From Eubacteriales bacterium (GTDB lineage: Bacteria; Bacillota; Clostridia; Oscillospirales; CAG-272): a DNA stretch of 64,000 nt. Below the pieces are notes generated by a model, which did no database searches, was not told the origin of the DNA, and saw only the letters and a program-made list of their open reading frames with translations. Position numbers and translations under genes: made by a program. The stretch is taken from contig JAZLCA010000036.1 of NCBI GenBank assembly GCA_045613985.1, positions 50,023-114,022 on the forward strand, read 5' to 3'. Positions 35,206 through 45,217 of this stretch are shown here, in pieces. How positions within the stretch are numbered: the first letter of the stretch is position 1; the number at the start of each line of letters is the position of its first letter.

Positions 35206-36573
35206 TCAGGGGGCCATTTTGACGGAGACGTCATTTCCGTCTACTTCGACGATAATATCACTTGCATTCTCACCCGTAGCCTGGCAGATAATGCCCGCAG
35301 GATCGATGCCGTGCGTCGAGCCGTTGCCGCAAACGCGGCCAATGGCAGTGTTATCCAACAAATTCGCGTTGGCATGGATAAGCAGCTTGGAATTTTGAAT
35401 GGTGACATTATTCAGCGTCGCATTGGCATCCAGCGTACCGGCCAAAAGACCGAAGGAAGCGTCCTGCTGCAGCGTACCGCTCGCAATCGTCATGGTTACG
35501 TTGTCAAACGTAAGATCGCGCAGCACCGCCTCGCCAGCAATCGAACCAAACATACCGCTGTTTTGCTTTTTGGTATCGGTCTGCTCAAAGGTAATATTGG
35601 AGAAGGTGTGACCGTTACCCAGGATCTCGCCGCGGAAGGTACCGTGCATCAAAGCCGTCTTCCAGGAAAGGCCGGTGAAATCAAGATCGGCAAGGATCTC
35701 GTAGTGTCCGCCCGGCTTGAAGTTGTCGAGGAATTGCTTTGCGGTATAGATACGGAACCACTCGCCCTCGGCAAAGTCGAGATACAGCTTCATGACCGGA
35801 GCCTCTGCCGTTGCATTCGCGGCATTATAGCTGCCCGTATGCTTCACGGAGGTGCCTTGCGCCGCAACCGTGCCATTGGCATCGAGGTAGACACCGGCAA
35901 GCGTCTTGTCCGTCACGCTCGGGAATTTTTCCATGTTCAATTTTCCCGTTTCTTCACTCCACGAGGGAAGAAGGATTTCGGACACGTAATTGGGGTCAAA
36001 TAAATATTCGGAGATCAGCTCGCCCGTTTGAAGCGAGTAAAATTCATACTTAAATTCGGGGATCCATGCGGCGTACAGGGTAAGCTCGGGCGCCGATGCG
36101 GAATACTCTTTGCCAGCATCCAACGCAAGACGGCCGTTTTCAAAATCCCACTTGCCGCCGTAGGTATAAGCAGGTGTTTTTCCGCTCTCTGCGGCAATGC
36201 CGCCGTCGACATCCAGGTGTCTTCCCTGCCCGTCAAGCACGGGGATACGTTCGGTGTACCAGCCCGCCAGGAAGTAGCCTGCATTATTGGCTTTAAAGGC
36301 GTTTTCTGTTCCGCGGACGGGATTGTCGGGAGAGATCAGTACCAACTCCTTTTTACCGTCAGCCGTCGTGGGAAGCTCTGACAAGTTATAAGTGTCTACG
36401 ACGGTCTCAACGTTGGTCGTAAACATCCCCCCGTTGGCATCGTACTTAATGCTGACGCTGTAGCCCGCTTCGTCGTACACATCGTACTGCGAGGGCTCGG
36501 CGCACGCCGCCAAAAGCAGCAGCGCACACAGAAGCATACACGCCAGAATGATTGTTTTTGTTATTCTGTTCAT
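35206..36573 (-). CDS. Surface lipoprotein with Listeria-Bacteroides-type repeat and beta-helix-like repeats
   Basis: Lipobox LLLAAC. YSVSIKYDANGGMF (Flg_new-type repeat). GNGHTFSNITFEQT...MFGSIAGEAVLRDLTFDNV beta-helix-like repeats. Confidence 0.7.
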   Translation of the reverse strand: MNRITKTIILACMLLCALLLLAACAEPSQYDVYDEAGYSVSIKYDANGGMFTTNVETVVDTYNLSELPTTADGKKELVLISPDNPVRGTENAFKANNAGYFLAGWYTERIPVLDGQGRHLDVDGGIAAESGKTPAYTYGGKWDFENGRLALDAGKEYSASAPELTLYAAWIPEFKYEFYSLQTGELISEYLFDPNYVSEILLPSWSEETGKLNMEKFPSVTDKTLAGVYLDANGTVAAQGTSVKHTGSYNAANATAEAPVMKLYLDFAEGEWFRIYTAKQFLDNFKPGGHYEILADLDFTGLSWKTALMHGTFRGEILGNGHTFSNITFEQTDTKKQNSGMFGSIAGEAVLRDLTFDNVTMTIASGTLQQDASFGLLAGTLDANATLNNVTIQNSKLLIHANANLLDNTAIGRVCGNGSTHGIDPAGIICQATGENASDIIVEVDGNDVSVKMAP

Positions 36574-36612
36574 TGTTTGATTTTCGCATCCTCTTTCGTT
36601 TTGATCGCCTTC

Positions 36613-36656
36613 GCACCATCGCGCCCGTACCTAATTTCGGCCACGGGCGCGGGTGC
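36613..36656 (-). other. GC-rich 14-bp stem-loop between the protease and lipoprotein genes
   Basis: GCACC(AT)CGCGCCCGT / ACGGGCGCGGGTGC with a 14-nt loop. No U-tract. Confidence 0.5.
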
Positions 36657-36703
36657 AAATATCCGGCGTCTTGTAATTCGCTTTTTTGACGGTCGGGCAA
36701 GAA

Positions 36704-39700
36704 TTACTCTTGTTCCTTTTCCGTCTCGGATGTCTGAACGGACTCCTCTTCCACGGAGGCCTCATCGTCCTCTGCAGAGTCCTGGGAGTCTTGGGATTCT
36801 TGAGTTTCGGGCGCGTTTTCATCGTCACCCGTCTTGCGCTTCTGGGCAACGTACCAAAGCACGGCCCAAACAGCGATTGCCGCGAGCAAAACAGACTCAA
36901 CGATAACGACGATCGTCAATGCCATCGTTGCATCCTTTTCCTCCTCAACAACGGGAGGCATAGGCTCGGGCTCCACTTCGGTATCCTTGAAGGAAGCAAT
37001 ACGGTCCTCGGCAGAGAGCAATGCAGTCAGATTGGTAACCAGTGCCTGCTGCTCCTTGGTCGCGATCTTGTCGTACGCCTGGCGGGCAGCCACGACCAAC
37101 GGCTCATGCTCCGGCTTGATCATACCGCCGTTTTGAGTAAGCTCGACGAGCTTGTTGATGGCGGCGATGGCAGCCAGCGTCGTGTCATCGGCGGCTACGC
37201 TTCCGTCGTAGGTCACCGCAAAGTATTTGCCGTAAATAAAGGTGTCGTAATACTGGCCGTTGGAGGGACGTACCATGGCGATATAGCTGTCAACCTTGCC
37301 GATATAATCGACGAAGTTGGCACCGTAGTAGACGTTGCAGTACTTGCCGTCGGTCAGGTTCCACATGTAATAAGGAACGATGCCCAACGCCTCTTTGGTC
37401 ACGCCCTCGCCCGTCCACAGGGTAAAGTCGTAGGAACCTGTCGCGGGGAGATTATCATAGGATTCATAATAGCTTGCGTCAAATTCTTCTTCCAGATTGG
37501 GAGCCTCGTAACCGGTAAAGACCACGACGGACAATCTGTTGCAATCGAAGAATGCCTTATGACCGATGGAAGCCAAGGTGTGAGGCAGCTCTACGCGGAC
37601 CACGTCAGCGCCGGCAAACGCCATCGCGGTGATTCTTACCGTGTTGTCTGCAACAACGACGTTATCGTTGTCAAGACCGGCATAGGTAACCAGCTCCAGA
37701 CCGTTGGGGACGCGGTAATACAGCGAACCGTCGATGACGAACACCGTCTCGCTGATATCGTAAGTGTAGACTTCGATCTCGTACTCCTTGCCATTGAACG
37801 GAACCTTTTGTACCGTGGAGAAGGGCTTGACGCGGCACAGCGAGAAGGGATTTTCGCCCAGCTCCGTCAATGCCGTACCCAGCTTGACCTCAAAGTCGGT
37901 CAATTCCTGCTTGAGGAAGGCATGATCGCCGATGGACTCAGCAGCAGTCAGATCGATCGAAACGATCGCGGTGTAAGCAAAGGCGTAGGGGCCGACGGCG
38001 GTAACCGCGGCATCGTTTTCAACGGTGGCCAAGGCAGAGCAGTAAGCAAACGCGCCCTCTTCGATGTGCGTGCCGTTGGCATTGAGAGTGACCTTGGTCA
38101 GATCGTCACAATAAACGAAGGCATACTTCTCGATCCGCTCGACCTTGGGCAGTGCGATCTCGGTCAGTGCCGTCGCAACGAAGGCGTTGGTCTTGATCGT
38201 CACAACGTGATCCAGGTTGATGTCCGTCAGGTTTTCGCACTCGTAGAACGCCATGCTGGGAACTTCGGTGATCTTATCGCCCAGCTTGACCGATGCAAGC
38301 TGCTTGCAGTACAAGAAAGCCTGCTCGCCGATGAATTCAGCTGCGGACAGATCAACCGCCTCCAGCTTTGCGGCGTAATACTTGTAAACCATCTGGCCAT
38401 CCTCCGTCAGAGCGTAGCTGTTCTGATTCTCGTCGCCGTACATATACAATTCGTCGCCCGAGAATGCCATTTTGCCAATGGAAACAACCTTGGAAAGATC
38501 CATGTTCTTAAGGCTGCAAGCGTTATAGAACGCCAGATCGCCAATGGTCACGCCCTCGCCCAAGGTGACACCGACCAGCTTGGAAGCGCCCATGAAGGCG
38601 GATTCACCGATGACAACGCGGTCACCGATGGTCAGCGAGGTCAGGGAGGAAAGATACTCAAAGCTGTAATACTTGTTGTTGGGATATTCGGGATCGCGGA
38701 TCAGCTGGCTGTTCTGGAAGCGATCCAGCATGAAGGCAGCCTTGCCGATGATAACGTCATCACCGATGACAACGCTTTGCAGCTTGGAGCATTCGGTGAA
38801 GGCACCCTCTCCGATAACCATACCGGCGGGAATATCCAAAGAAGTGATCTTGGTATAGGCAAATGCGTACTTGCCAATCTCCTTTACGGAATCAAGAGCG
38901 GGAATATCGCAATATTCACCGATATTGCTGTTGAAGAACGCATAGTCGCCGATGTGCGTCACCTTGCCCAGCTGCAACGATTCAATGAAGTTGCAGTATG
39001 CAAAGGCGTAATCCTCGATCACCGTGACGTTCGGCATGATGATATGGGTAACACCCGATGCACGGCGGCCGTTGGAGGAGAAAGCACCCTTACCGATGGT
39101 GGTAATGGTCTGCTCGGCAGGCTTGAACTCGCCCTTGACGTAAGGTGCGACCAAAAGCAGCGTCTTACCGTCCGCGGATACGAGGTAGGATTGCTCCTTC
39201 TGTGCCTTGTAGGTCTTGTTGCCCTCGGCAACCGTAAAGGCAGTAACGGCAGTATCCTTGAAGGCATACTCACCGATGGAGGCAACGTCCTTACCAATGG
39301 TAACCTTGCTGAGCTTTTCTGCGCCGTTGAAAGCGCCCGTGGGAATAACACCCGTGTTGATCTCGATCGCGGTCAGAGAAGTACATTCTGCAAAGACGTA
39401 CGGACCGTACTTAACCTTTTCTGCCTTGACCGTCACCGTTTCCAGCTTGGTGTTGCCGTAGAAGGCATACTCACCGATGGACTGCAGCGTCTCGGGCAAG
39501 ATGATCTCCTTGATGTTCTTGTTGTTGGCGAACGCATAGTCACCGACGGCGCGGGCGTTATCCAACGACAAGGTACCGGTGATGTTACAGCCAAAGAAGG
39601 CATCCTTGTTGATCAGCTTGACATTCTCAATACCGGTGACCTTCTTGAGCGAGGTACAGCCGTAGAATGCACCGTATTCGATGGATTCCAGCGTCGAGGG

Positions 39701-42700
39701 CAGAACGACCTCCTGCAAAGCGGTCAAGCCTGCAAACGCGTAAGGGCCAATAACCTCAACGCCCTCGGGAATGATAACCTTGGTGATGGTATTGTCACCA
39801 ATATACATGGGCTTGGTCAGGTCCGGCTCATCCTCGGAAATGATATCTTCTTCCGTCTTAAGAACGTAGTTATAGTTGGTAAAGGCATACTGGCCGATCT
39901 GGGTGATGAGCAGCGTGTCGGGAATTTCGACGACACCGCCAAGGCCAAAGTAATGCGACAGCGCGGGAGCCGAGGTAATGAAGGGATCCTTGACCTCGAT
40001 GTCAAGCGACTGCGAATAGTAGGTAGGATTTCCGTCCATCATGACCTGAACGGTGATGGAGGCAAAGCCCTCGGCCTGTGCCGTGATCACGCCCTGATCG
40101 TCGATGGTAACGATGCGGTCGTTGCTCGAGGAGAACTCGACCGTCGTGTTCTTGGGGAAATAAGCATCCAGCTTATAGTGCAGCTGAATGGACTCGGAGG
40201 GATAGAACTTGAGCGAATGCTTGTTCAAAACGGTATAATCGCCCGTTTCTCCCAGCTCACGCTCCGAGCTGTCCAGCTGATAATATGCCTTAAGAGTATC
40301 GAAACCGATCAACTCAAAGACATCCGCTACGGGCTTATCGTAATACATAAAGCCCTCGTCGCCTTCGGAAAGGACGGTAACCTTGATGCTGGTGGATTTG
40401 CCATTGGTACCGTCATCGTTCTTTTCGTAAGCGGTAATGGTGGCAGTACCCGAGCCGGTGGCAATGATCTTATCGTTGACAACGGTGGCAACCGCGGGAT
40501 TGCTGGAGGCATAGTGCAACAGCTCTCCCCACTCGGTACCGGGGTACATCTGGGGTGTCAGGTTGTACAGCTCGTTGGGGCTGAGCGTGATCTCGGATTC
40601 CTCGAAGTAGAAGTCCAAAAACTCGTCGGGAAGCGAGATCTCGTAGGTTGCCTCGTTGAGCGCGTAGTCGTAACAAGCAACGGTAAAGGTGTTCTTATGT
40701 ACCGAATTGTTCTTGATGTCCTGAATGTGGTCGGTCAGCTCGTACTCGACGTAAGTCACGCCGTCACGCACCGAGTAAACAGGAGTCAGATACTGGTCAA
40801 ACGACTTCATCTCATAGCTGAGCTGGCCATCCACCGTCGTCTGAGCGACGTAGCCCAGCATCATAGCCATGGTGTAGTGGTTATCGTACACGGCAATGCG
40901 CGCGTACAGACGGTTCTTTTTGAGATCCTTATCGTACTCCGTGAAGAATTCGCAATCCGTGATGGCAGGCGCCTCGAAGTCGGTCACGAAGGGGAACTCG
41001 AATACGTTCTTTTGGTTGGTGTCGATACCGCCGTCACCGTAGTCCAGATAACCGACCAGGCGAACGGTGTACTCGGTATTATTCTTGAGGTTGTGCTCGC
41101 CCACGTCAAACTCGATCTTGACGTTGGCGGGATAGATGGAGCCGCCGTCACCGTACGACTTGCGTACGTCGTGCTCCGTCTTGGAGTAAATGACCTCACC
41201 CGTGGCATCATCCGTAATGCTGATTTCAATACGCTCAGCGTTGCGGAGCAAGCCCGTCCAAACGAAGCGGAGCGAATGGACCGTTCCCTCTACGTTGGAA
41301 AGAGCGATATAATCGCGGCTGGCGGAAATGATCTTGGTTGCAGCAGGATTCTGCAAGAAGTAGTAGGAGCCGAGGTAGTTGACGTAATCCTCCGACACAC
41401 CGCCAATGGGACGGGTAGCGTAGGCGTCCGCCATATTCTTGTCCTCCTGAGCGATGGAGTCATCCAATTCGTCCGCGTTGGTCTCGAAATAATCGCGGTC
41501 AAACAGAGGAGCCACCGTCCAGTCGCCGTAGAAGGCGAGGTAAGGAACGTTCAGATCGATATCGGTGCCGCTTACGGCATCCAGAACGACGAAGCCCTCA
41601 ACGTACATACCGTTTTTGAAGGACTCGTCCAGATAAGTCTTGTCGGCATCACTCAGTGTGATGGTCACCGTAACCTTCGCCGTCGAATTGCCGTTCACGG
41701 TAATGGTGTTGCCGTTTTGGGTGCCGTTCTCAACCGTAAAAGTCACCGTCGGAGACAACAGATAACCGTCCTCGGTCACCGTAGTCTCACCGTGGCTGGT
41801 CTTAGTATCGCTGACGCCCTCGGTCATAACGTGTGCGGACAAGTTATAAGACAGTGCCGCGCCCTCAAAGTTCTGAATAGCAAAGGTCAGCGTGTAGACG
41901 CCGCTCTTGGTAGGATCGTCGCCCAGCTCAATCTTGGACTTATCCATCACCGAGCCGTCGACTCTGTCATAGGTCAAAATGTATGCGGGCGTCTGGCTCG
42001 CCTGGGTCAAGTTAGCAAGACCCGCGCCCTGCTTCCGGACGGCGTAGGGCAGGCCGTTTGTATTGAGCACGATATCTGCCGTAGACATCAACAGGCGGTT
42101 GATGCGGGCGTTGACCTCTACGGGATCATTGGCGATATCGGGATATTTGTCCATGACGTGCTGACGCAAAAGAGCGATAACGCCCGCCATGTTGGGACAA
42201 GCCATGGAGGTACCGGACAGACGGTCATAGCTGCCGCCCGTAACGGCCGACAGAATGTTACCGCCGTGCGCCGTGATCTCAGGCTTGATGCCGAGATCGG
42301 GGGTGGGGCCCCAAGAGGAGAAGTCCGACATGAAGGGACCAGAGGTCTGATTGCGGCTGATCTTGATGGTGCCCGTCTTGTGAGCGGCCAGAAGCTTACC
42401 GTCGTCCTGCTTGATCGAGCAGACGGGAACCTCAGCCGTACCGATGTTCATCTTGATGTCACCCGAGACGTTGTTGTAAATGATCACGCCTGCCGCGCCG
42501 TTTTTCTGAGCGGCATTGGCTTTTTCCTCAAAGGTATTGAATCCGCGCTCGACCAGAACGATCTTGCCCTTAACATCCACGCCCATGTAGTCTGCCTCAC
42601 GGCCGGCACCGGGAATGGTGACAAATTCAAAGTCCATGGAGTCCACACCCTCGGGAAGGATCTCCTCGAAGAAGTTATTCTCCTCGGTAGCGGCGTTGGT

Positions 42701-44023
42701 GGACTCATCGAAGTAGATGATGGTCTCACCGAACAGAAGATAAGGCGTCTTGACACCGTTGATGGACGCAACCGACATCGCGCCCTGATAAGTGGAGGGC
42801 GAGCCGACCGTCGCAGTGTCGGGGTTGGTCGTCAGACCCAGGTTACCGTTACGGTCCGAACCGTAAGCCGAGTTGAAGCTGTTGGAAGCCGCGACGACCA
42901 GGCTGATGCCCATCTCGCGGATGCGGTCGTATACACCGGTGACCGCCTCTTTGTCCATCTCACGGCTGAAGCCGCAGGCAGTACCCAGCGACATATTGAT
43001 GACGTCAACGCCCAGAACAACGCAGTCCTCCAGGGCCGCCAGAATCCAAGAGGTGTAGGCGGATTCTTTGACGTCGGAGAAGATCTTCATAGAAACGAGC
43101 TGTGCGTTGGGTGCAACACCGCGAATGGTATCGTCGTGTCCGACGATAACGCCCGATACGTGAGTACCGTGGTTATTGTGCAACGAATAAACGTCTGCAT
43201 CCTCATCGGCATAGTCGAAGGAGAAGGGCACCTTGTCGCTGACGTAAACGTCGTCCGCGGTAAGACCGGGCATCAAAGACATCGCCTTGGTATCACCCAG
43301 AAGCTTTGCGACCTCGTCCTTGGTCAGCCCCAGCTTGGTGGAAGAGAAGTTGGCCATAGAGAAGGCGCTGTGCGTGTAGTCCAGACCGGTATCCAGAACG
43401 GCGACCAGCATACCCGAGCCGTCGTAAGCAAAGCCGGTACTGTCGAAAATACCCGTGGCCTCGTCAAAGTTGACCTCGTTTTCGACCAGTTTGGTCTCGG
43501 CGACGTTGTAAACCTCACCGACGATAGCCATCGCCTCGTTGCCCAGAGTACGAACGACCGTCTCAAAGTCAGAGGCCTGAATGACGATCTCAAAGCCGCT
43601 GAGCACCGTGGCGTAATTCTTACCCGTCAAGTACTTGACGTTGCAATCATCCAATGCAGCCAAAATATTCTTTTTGTCCTCACCGATGCGGTCGCGGATC
43701 TGTTGCGCCTGCTCGGTCAGCGCAAACTCACCGATGGTCACCGATTTATCCGTCTGCTGATACGCATCCACAATGGCGGGATCGTTCAGTTTAACGATAA
43801 CGGAAATTTGGTCGGTGTCCTTGACAGTATCCGGCAAGCGATAGATGACGTCGCTGTTGAGGTAATCCTCAAAATTCGTCGTGATATCGCCATTGAATTT
43901 GCTGATGTAACTCGCTGCCGATGCCGTGATCTCCCCGACACCGGGACCGGTAAACAGCAGTGTCAACAGCAACAACATACTCAGTGCCGCAAGTGACACT
44001 CTTTGGAACGTTTTGGTTTTCAT
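36704..44023 (-). CDS. Giant S8 subtilisin-family cell-envelope proteinase with PA domain, Ig-like domains, BspA-type LRR array and a C-terminal TM anchor
   Basis: Catalytic triad contexts VAVLDTGLDYTH, HGTHVSG, SGTSMACPNMAG. PA insert GKIVLVERGFNTFEEKANAAQKNGAAGVIIYNN. Big_2-like segments. Long LRR array (e.g. IPEGVEVIGPYAFAGLTALQEVVLPSTLESIEYGAFYGCTSL). TM MALTIVVIVESVLLAAIAVWAVLWYV plus acidic tail. Signal peptide. Confidence 0.9.
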   Translation of the reverse strand: MKTKTFQRVSLAALSMLLLLTLLFTGPGVGEITASAASYISKFNGDITTNFEDYLNSDVIYRLPDTVKDTDQISVIVKLNDPAIVDAYQQTDKSVTIGEFALTEQAQQIRDRIGEDKKNILAALDDCNVKYLTGKNYATVLSGFEIVIQASDFETVVRTLGNEAMAIVGEVYNVAETKLVENEVNFDEATGIFDSTGFAYDGSGMLVAVLDTGLDYTHSAFSMANFSSTKLGLTKDEVAKLLGDTKAMSLMPGLTADDVYVSDKVPFSFDYADEDADVYSLHNNHGTHVSGVIVGHDDTIRGVAPNAQLVSMKIFSDVKESAYTSWILAALEDCVVLGVDVINMSLGTACGFSREMDKEAVTGVYDRIREMGISLVVAASNSFNSAYGSDRNGNLGLTTNPDTATVGSPSTYQGAMSVASINGVKTPYLLFGETIIYFDESTNAATEENNFFEEILPEGVDSMDFEFVTIPGAGREADYMGVDVKGKIVLVERGFNTFEEKANAAQKNGAAGVIIYNNVSGDIKMNIGTAEVPVCSIKQDDGKLLAAHKTGTIKISRNQTSGPFMSDFSSWGPTPDLGIKPEITAHGGNILSAVTGGSYDRLSGTSMACPNMAGVIALLRQHVMDKYPDIANDPVEVNARINRLLMSTADIVLNTNGLPYAVRKQGAGLANLTQASQTPAYILTYDRVDGSVMDKSKIELGDDPTKSGVYTLTFAIQNFEGAALSYNLSAHVMTEGVSDTKTSHGETTVTEDGYLLSPTVTFTVENGTQNGNTITVNGNSTAKVTVTITLSDADKTYLDESFKNGMYVEGFVVLDAVSGTDIDLNVPYLAFYGDWTVAPLFDRDYFETNADELDDSIAQEDKNMADAYATRPIGGVSEDYVNYLGSYYFLQNPAATKIISASRDYIALSNVEGTVHSLRFVWTGLLRNAERIEISITDDATGEVIYSKTEHDVRKSYGDGGSIYPANVKIEFDVGEHNLKNNTEYTVRLVGYLDYGDGGIDTNQKNVFEFPFVTDFEAPAITDCEFFTEYDKDLKKNRLYARIAVYDNHYTMAMMLGYVAQTTVDGQLSYEMKSFDQYLTPVYSVRDGVTYVEYELTDHIQDIKNNSVHKNTFTVACYDYALNEATYEISLPDEFLDFYFEESEITLSPNELYNLTPQMYPGTEWGELLHYASSNPAVATVVNDKIIATGSGTATITAYEKNDDGTNGKSTSIKVTVLSEGDEGFMYYDKPVADVFELIGFDTLKAYYQLDSSERELGETGDYTVLNKHSLKFYPSESIQLHYKLDAYFPKNTTVEFSSSNDRIVTIDDQGVITAQAEGFASITVQVMMDGNPTYYSQSLDIEVKDPFITSAPALSHYFGLGGVVEIPDTLLITQIGQYAFTNYNYVLKTEEDIISEDEPDLTKPMYIGDNTITKVIIPEGVEVIGPYAFAGLTALQEVVLPSTLESIEYGAFYGCTSLKKVTGIENVKLINKDAFFGCNITGTLSLDNARAVGDYAFANNKNIKEIILPETLQSIGEYAFYGNTKLETVTVKAEKVKYGPYVFAECTSLTAIEINTGVIPTGAFNGAEKLSKVTIGKDVASIGEYAFKDTAVTAFTVAEGNKTYKAQKEQSYLVSADGKTLLLVAPYVKGEFKPAEQTITTIGKGAFSSNGRRASGVTHIIMPNVTVIEDYAFAYCNFIESLQLGKVTHIGDYAFFNSNIGEYCDIPALDSVKEIGKYAFAYTKITSLDIPAGMVIGEGAFTECSKLQSVVIGDDVIIGKAAFMLDRFQNSQLIRDPEYPNNKYYSFEYLSSLTSLTIGDRVVIGESAFMGASKLVGVTLGEGVTIGDLAFYNACSLKNMDLSKVVSIGKMAFSGDELYMYGDENQNSYALTEDGQMVYKYYAAKLEAVDLSAAEFIGEQAFLYCKQLASVKLGDKITEVPSMAFYECENLTDINLDHVVTIKTNAFVATALTEIALPKVERIEKYAFVYCDDLTKVTLNANGTHIEEGAFAYCSALATVENDAAVTAVGPYAFAYTAIVSIDLTAAESIGDHAFLKQELTDFEVKLGTALTELGENPFSLCRVKPFSTVQKVPFNGKEYEIEVYTYDISETVFVIDGSLYYRVPNGLELVTYAGLDNDNVVVADNTVRITAMAFAGADVVRVELPHTLASIGHKAFFDCNRLSVVVFTGYEAPNLEEEFDASYYESYDNLPATGSYDFTLWTGEGVTKEALGIVPYYMWNLTDGKYCNVYYGANFVDYIGKVDSYIAMVRPSNGQYYDTFIYGKYFAVTYDGSVAADDTTLAAIAAINKLVELTQNGGMIKPEHEPLVVAARQAYDKIATKEQQALVTNLTALLSAEDRIASFKDTEVEPEPMPPVVEEEKDATMALTIVVIVESVLLAAIAVWAVLWYVAQKRKTGDDENAPETQESQDSQDSAEDDEASVEEESVQTSETEKEQE

Positions 44024-44089
44024 TGAATAATTGCCTTTCTTCTTTATTATAATGTGTCAAAAGTCAAAAGTTAAAAACATACAGGATAC

Positions 44090-44118
44090 ATTATAACACA
44101 AACGAATTCACATTGCAA
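44090..44118 (-). promoter_or_regulatory. Sigma-A promoter of the protease/Opp operon
   Basis: Minus strand TTGCAA (44113-44118), 17 nt, TATAAT (44090-44095). Confidence 0.65.
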
Positions 44119-44271
44119 GACTTTTCTTTGTAAAAAGGCTATTTTTTTGCAAAGAAATCAATCCCTGTTTCCTTTTTTCTTCGTCCTCCTCAGAAAGCTT
44201 TTCCGAAAATTCGCCTCACGTTCACAAGCGCGTCACCCAACCTCACCCACGCAGGAAAAAGCATCAATCTC

Positions 44272-44300
44272 TTGACTTTCCCCGTCCCGTGTGTTATAAT
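44272..44300 (+). promoter_or_regulatory. Sigma-A promoter of the CXXC / NapH-like pair
   Basis: TTGACT (44272-44277), 17 nt, TATAAT (44295-44300). Confidence 0.65.
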
Positions 44301-44361
44301 GATTTTGTATTGCTTAATGTCTTCGGCGTTCTGCGCCGGGAAAGGATGGCCTGTACCGTTC

Positions 44362-45213
44362 ATGTCAAAACAAACCATCAAACGAATCCATATTGCCTAC
44401 GGTGTCGTGCTGACGCTTCTGATCCTGACCGTCGGCGCAGCTCTCATCCTGTCTTGTCTGGATATTTACCGCAGCGGTGACCGCCCCTTTTCTACCGAAA
44501 GCGTCAAAACGCATTTTTCCGCCATTGCCCTGCCCGTTTATCTTTGCATTGTCTGGGCCGTGGGCGGTTTTGTGCTGGCAGTTGCCCTTCCCCTTGAAAA
44601 AGGCAAGCTCAAATCGCGCACCTCATCGAAAATCACGCTGTCGCGGCTTTCGGGCAAATTAGATCTGTCGCGCTGTCCCGCAGAGTTGGCCCGCGATATC
44701 CGCAGCCTGCGAGTATGGCGTCTCGTTTTGATACTGACCAGTACCCTCTTCTATCTCGCCGGTGCAACGCTGGCATTGATCTACGTCCTGAACAAAAACA
44801 ACTTCCCCGCCGCCGACGACCAGTTTAACGCCGAGATTCTGCGCGGCACGCTGAAAATAGCCCGCTACCTCGGTCCGCCCTTCTTTCATTCCATCGTCGT
44901 AAGTCTTCTAAATCACGGATTCCGCAAGCGCGAGATCGCTCTGACCAAAGAGGCCATCACCCTGTGTGCAACCCGTCCCGATCTTTGCCCCTCGCCCCAC
45001 GAGCCCGTCGATGACAATGGCGGCCGTCCGTGTCCGATCGGAAAAATCAAGTCTGCTTTTACCAAGCACCAAAAGACAATTTTGACCGTCGTCCGCTGTG
45101 TTGTATTGGGCGTCGGCGCATTGTTCGTCTTGCTCGGCATTTTCAACGGCGGCATGAGTGACGTCGTCCAAAAGGCCATTAAGATCTGCACGGAATGCAT
45201 CGGATTGGGGTGA
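44362..45213 (+). CDS. Polytopic membrane protein with a CD1871A-like C-terminal CXXC module
   Basis: Several TM helices. Last helix plus tail GIFNGGMSDVVQKAIKICTECIGLG. Start ATG 44362 is the first in-frame ATG clear of the mapped -35/-10 boxes and predicted transcription start. Confidence 0.65.
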   Translation: MSKQTIKRIHIAYGVVLTLLILTVGAALILSCLDIYRSGDRPFSTESVKTHFSAIALPVYLCIVWAVGGFVLAVALPLEKGKLKSRTSSKITLSRLSGKLDLSRCPAELARDIRSLRVWRLVLILTSTLFYLAGATLALIYVLNKNNFPAADDQFNAEILRGTLKIARYLGPPFFHSIVVSLLNHGFRKREIALTKEAITLCATRPDLCPSPHEPVDDNGGRPCPIGKIKSAFTKHQKTILTVVRCVVLGVGALFVLLGIFNGGMSDVVQKAIKICTECIGLG

Positions 45214-45217
45214 TATC

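Noticed and set aside
36686-43996. 2436-aa plus-strand ORF spanning almost the whole S8 proteinase gene
   Set aside because: Shadow ORF. The minus-strand product has a signal peptide, a full S8 catalytic triad, PA, LRR and TM features. The plus-strand translation is low-complexity (G/V/L/R/D-rich) with no motif, RBS or promoter. In a GC3-rich gene the codons whose complements are stops (TTA, CTA, TCA) are rare, so the antisense frame stays open.
44190-44381. 63-aa minus-strand ORF (and 43869-44060) in the divergent promoter region
   Set aside because: They overlap the two mapped promoters and the 5' UTRs and lack an RBS. Composition is typical of non-coding AT-rich spacer read-through.
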